Of a stretch of 64,000 nt of DNA, positions 60,033 through 64,000 are shown piece after piece. The stretch lies in NCBI RefSeq assembly GCF_964204645.1, contig NC_134033.1, forward strand, positions 4,364,231-4,428,230, read 5' to 3'. How positions within the stretch are numbered: the first letter of the stretch is position 1; each line of letters starts with the position of its first letter. Below the pieces are notes generated by a model that saw only the letters and a program-made list of their open reading frames with translations, ran no database searches and was not told the DNA's origin. The position numbers and the translations under genes were made by a program. The stretch comes from Tubulanus polymorphus. Its lineage: Eukaryota; Animalia; Nemertea.

Positions 60033-63000
60033 ATGCAGCGAATGAAAGCGTTGTTCGTAGTTTTACTGATCGCTTGCGGAGACTGTATATTTACGCGGGC
60101 TGATCGCGCAAACTCTGTCGAGGAAGCCGCGTCTGTTACAGTCAGTTCATCTTGTAACAACACTCAATACTCCGTCGATTCTACGTCTGGTTACATCGTT
60201 TCACCGAATTATCCGTCGTTAGTGCGCGGTGTTGAATGTCGTTGGTTCGTAAACAGTTCTTTACCGGGAAGTTTTCTCGTTCAAGTTTACTACGACATCG
60301 AGCCGTCGATATTCTGTATCGAAAACTACCTTCTCGTCGGTGAGTCCGACAACAAACTCTGCGCTACCGGAAGAAAACAACTAGATATCCGCAGTAACGG
60401 GTTGATTTCGTTGTTGTTTAGGACTAACGTCGATGGAGCGCGAGGTAGTCGGGTTTACATCATATATCGTTTTGAAGAACAGAGTCGCTTGAAAATCTTA
60501 CATACATGTCACAAGCATGCAGTAAAAGAATTACCAACTCAAACAGGTTATGAATTCATGATTTCTACCCGGCGATGTAAATTGTTGTTAGAATGGATCG
60601 GGATGCCAGACGGGTTTGCAATGAATTTAACGTTTATACAGATAGATTTCAGATTATATCCAGGTGAGGATCCGATGAAAACTCGTCCTCAAATTTACGA
60701 CGGATGGAACAGCACCAGTGAACCTATAGCTCTTATACGAGAACAAACCGGACACCCACCTTTATCGTTTTATACCAAAACTAATAAAGCGTGTGTAGAA
60801 TTTGAAAGTGTCATTCACGTTGTGTCGTTTAAGTCGCAGTTGCTCGTGCAAGTTTACAAAATATCAGATTGGAACATCTCTAACCCGTTAATTCAAGTCT
60901 ATGTTAAATCAGGACTGCTCACTACAATTGATGGAATACCACACATATCAACTCAGTCTAAACACTTATACTGCTGGTCTATCACAGTCGATGTTCTGCA
61001 GTACGTCGTCTTCAACTGGACACGTGATCTCGTCTCGTCACCAGGTGTCGTTGGTGTATATAAACAGGAAGGGTTACGTATTGTGAGAACTGATATTTTA
61101 CTCAGTTTTAACCATCTTAAATCTCTGAGTGTGAAATCAGATGGATTTCTCGTGATTCTGTGCGTTTTGACGACATTGGATTTTTTAAGATCGAATTTGA
61201 AAATAGAATTTGAAGTGAAATCAATAACAATATCAGACGTCTACGTCAACAAGCCATTGACATGGGTTAGTTCATTACAACGAGTTGTACCATTGTTTTG
61301 AATAATAGAATTATTCTAAAGGTCTATAATTTTGTTGAATTACATAGTTGAATTTGACTATTGAATTCTGGGATAAACACGTTATGTGCTCAAACATTTT
61401 GACGTAATCCATCACATAACCGGTAGATACATACCATAATAACAAAATAAACTCTTAATTGTCACTATGTCAATTATCCACGTTTGCATTCAGCCAAAGA
61501 AATACATGTTTATTCAGACTAATTATAATAATGTTAAACACCTAATCTAATAATCGAAAATCACTCATATCGAAATTTTTTACCATTTTGGTATATTTGA
61601 AATTGTCATTTTGCAAACCAGCAATGTTGTAATCGATTCTCTTATATTTCAGGATTATGTAAGCGTGACATCACTATCAGCTAATCGATTGTTCCCGAGA
61701 TCAACGAATGCATTGTATCGTGTAACTACATTACAACTAAACTGGAAAGTGAACATCTATGAAGAACAGTTGAAACTAACAGTGCTATCAGAAAACTGTG
61801 ATCGAGCTGGTTTTTATATATTCGATGGTAGTAATTTCACAGCTAGACGCTATGGTCCGTATTGTCCTGGTTCATACTACGGTCGATCTGTCGTCAGCCT
61901 GATTACATCAGGTGGACCGGTTACTGTAGTAGCATACGCTTATTACTATAACAATCAGTTAACAGTTGGTAGCTCATCTCTTCAATTTGCTCCTACTGAT
62001 TGTGATGGTTATGTTCTACAGGATGAAGATCGACAGATCAATATGACGTCACACTGTCTGGTGATCACACCTGAAAATCGACGCTTTCGCTTGAAAAATA
62101 TTCACATATTATCAGAACACGAATATCAAATTGACCGATGTTTTCTCAAGATGTCATTGTCATGTGATCAGTTTCTTAGTTTGAGTAATCAGTGTCTTGA
62201 TAACAGTCTCGTAGTAAACACAATAGATTTCACAGCTGAAGGGTTTTGGTTCTGGCAGTATCAACTAATAGTAAAACTACGTCGTGAATGTCTAGGAGTG
62301 AAAAAAGCAGCTAGTATTCGAGGTTACCTTATCTTATTTGCGACTCCTGATAAATGTGGACTAGTGCAGTCACCGATGTACCCAGGTGGGGCAGGACGTA
62401 CGTCAAAATCAATTGTCTATAAATTTGAAAAAACGATAGAACAAAATAGAATACAATATTACGGCATATATCAATATTACAGATTTATTCTCAAATCTAT
62501 CGGATCAGTTTCATGTGAAACAAACAATTCATTTGATAATGATCCAATCATTCTAATGCAAATAATGAATTACAGCCACTTCCTAGACGGAGTCGTTAGA
62601 AACCGACATGAAACTAAAATATGTCAAAATAACGCGGTTCGTGGACTCATATTTCATAGTTTAAAAGGTTGGGACCTGCGTTTTGAAGTAATTAATAGAA
62701 TTCCAACGTTTCAAATACAATACACTTTACACGAGTCGTTACCGATTAAACGTTTCGATAATTTCTACTGTCAAAATGGATTTCTGGATTCCGGAATTTC
62801 CTGCATCAAATTCATCAGAGATTTACGTCTGAATTGGGAGAACGCTGAAATATACTGTAGACAGAAGTACGCGGGACATCTACTCAGTATCAACTCAGAA
62901 CAGGAAATGATTTCAATCAAAAGATTATTCGCTTCAGTTCTTCTCCAAATGGCGTACACATTAAAATGGCTCATAATGATGATTGGATTAAAGTGGAAGG

Positions 63001-64000
63001 TAAGACTAATGTATACAAATATGAATTAGAATAGAAAGAAATTTATAGAAGAAATAATATTCATTTTTTCACGAAGCAGAATGATGGATATTACACGTGG
63101 ACTGATGGTAAACCATTGAGCTACACAGAGTGGTATAAACCTGTTATTAATGAAACGATACCAGAAGTTATTCGAGGATTGATATCTCCGCTAAGAAAAC
63201 AACCGATAAATGACGTCAATATGCCGTGTACGGCGATGATACTGAATAATCCACGAGGATCAGCGAACTGGGTTCGATTCCCGTGTCAAATCGAGGAGAC
63301 GCACACGACATTCATTTGTGAATCCGAGAGAATCGACATCAAAAACAAACACAATTCAACGATAAACGATGCGAAAAATTCAACAAATACAGACTTAAAT
63401 AAAACCACTGATCAATTGATTCCCGATGTTACTTTAATTACTTCAAACTGTCCAAGGGGTTGGGTAACTATTTCTGGACAATGCTATCAAATACTAACCG
63501 ACTGGAAAAACAATCGAGGTTTGAATATTCGGAGTGCTAGAGAAATGTGTCACAGTATCCACACCGAAATAGTAAGAATCACCTCAAATACAAAAAGCGA
63601 TATCAAAAATGTTCTTAGCAAATTTCATTATCGACATCAATATGGCGCTATTCTGACAAAGGACAGCGACGGATTTAAAGTTATCAAACCACTTGTGACC
63701 AGAAATGAAATTACATATGTTCAATCAGTTAAATGGTTGTTGAACCCTTTCGATAGTACAATAGATAAAGTGCATTCCGTGTTGTGTACCTATAATGTAA
63801 CTGTTGAAGAGTTAGCTTCTATGAGCGCTTGTAAATCGTGGCAGTTTGAATGTAACGATCAAAGATGTATCAGCGACCATCGCGTTTGTGATACCAGACA
63901 CGACTGTCAACACGGTGAAGATGAACTCAATTGTACGGATATCAATTTACGCAGTCAGTTCCGCTGTAACGATGGACAGGTTATATCGATTAGCGGTTTC
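60033..64000 (+). CDS. GRL101/LGR-like giant GPCR, copy C (3' part outside window)
   Basis: Exons 60033-61265, 61653-62999 and 63080->64000; same intron positions as copy B; open so far. Confidence 0.88.

Overview
AT-rich animal genomic DNA with short GT-AG introns; the gene content suggests an invertebrate, probably a spiralian (inference). The window is a birth-and-death cluster of cell-surface receptors. It holds three tandem giant GRL101/LGR-like GPCR genes (CUB-like, C-type lectin, LDLa, LRR and 7TM domains): one frameshifted, one intact at about 1946 aa, and one running off the end, plus fragments of them. It also holds three intact single-exon class A peptide-receptor-like GPCRs and one pseudogene, a frameshifted Methuselah/adhesion-like GPCR, a two-Ig-domain receptor with an ITIM-like tail, and a PAN plus C-type lectin gene with an in-frame stop. 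The standout is an intact 8.6-kb Mutator-like (MULE) DNA transposon at 21616-30205 with perfect 64-bp TIRs and a 9-bp TSD. Its gene can be spliced by hand through 18 phase-compatible exons into one protein of about 1313 aa: a ubiquitin-specific protease (USP/C19) with catalytic residues intact, then NLS, C2H2 finger, several SUMO-interaction-like motifs, DDE transposase and SWIM finger. The ORF track shows only the last exon. Remnants of a Polinton PolB, a LINE, an LTR, MITEs and several tandem repeats are also present. All splice models were derived by eye and need RNA-seq confirmation.
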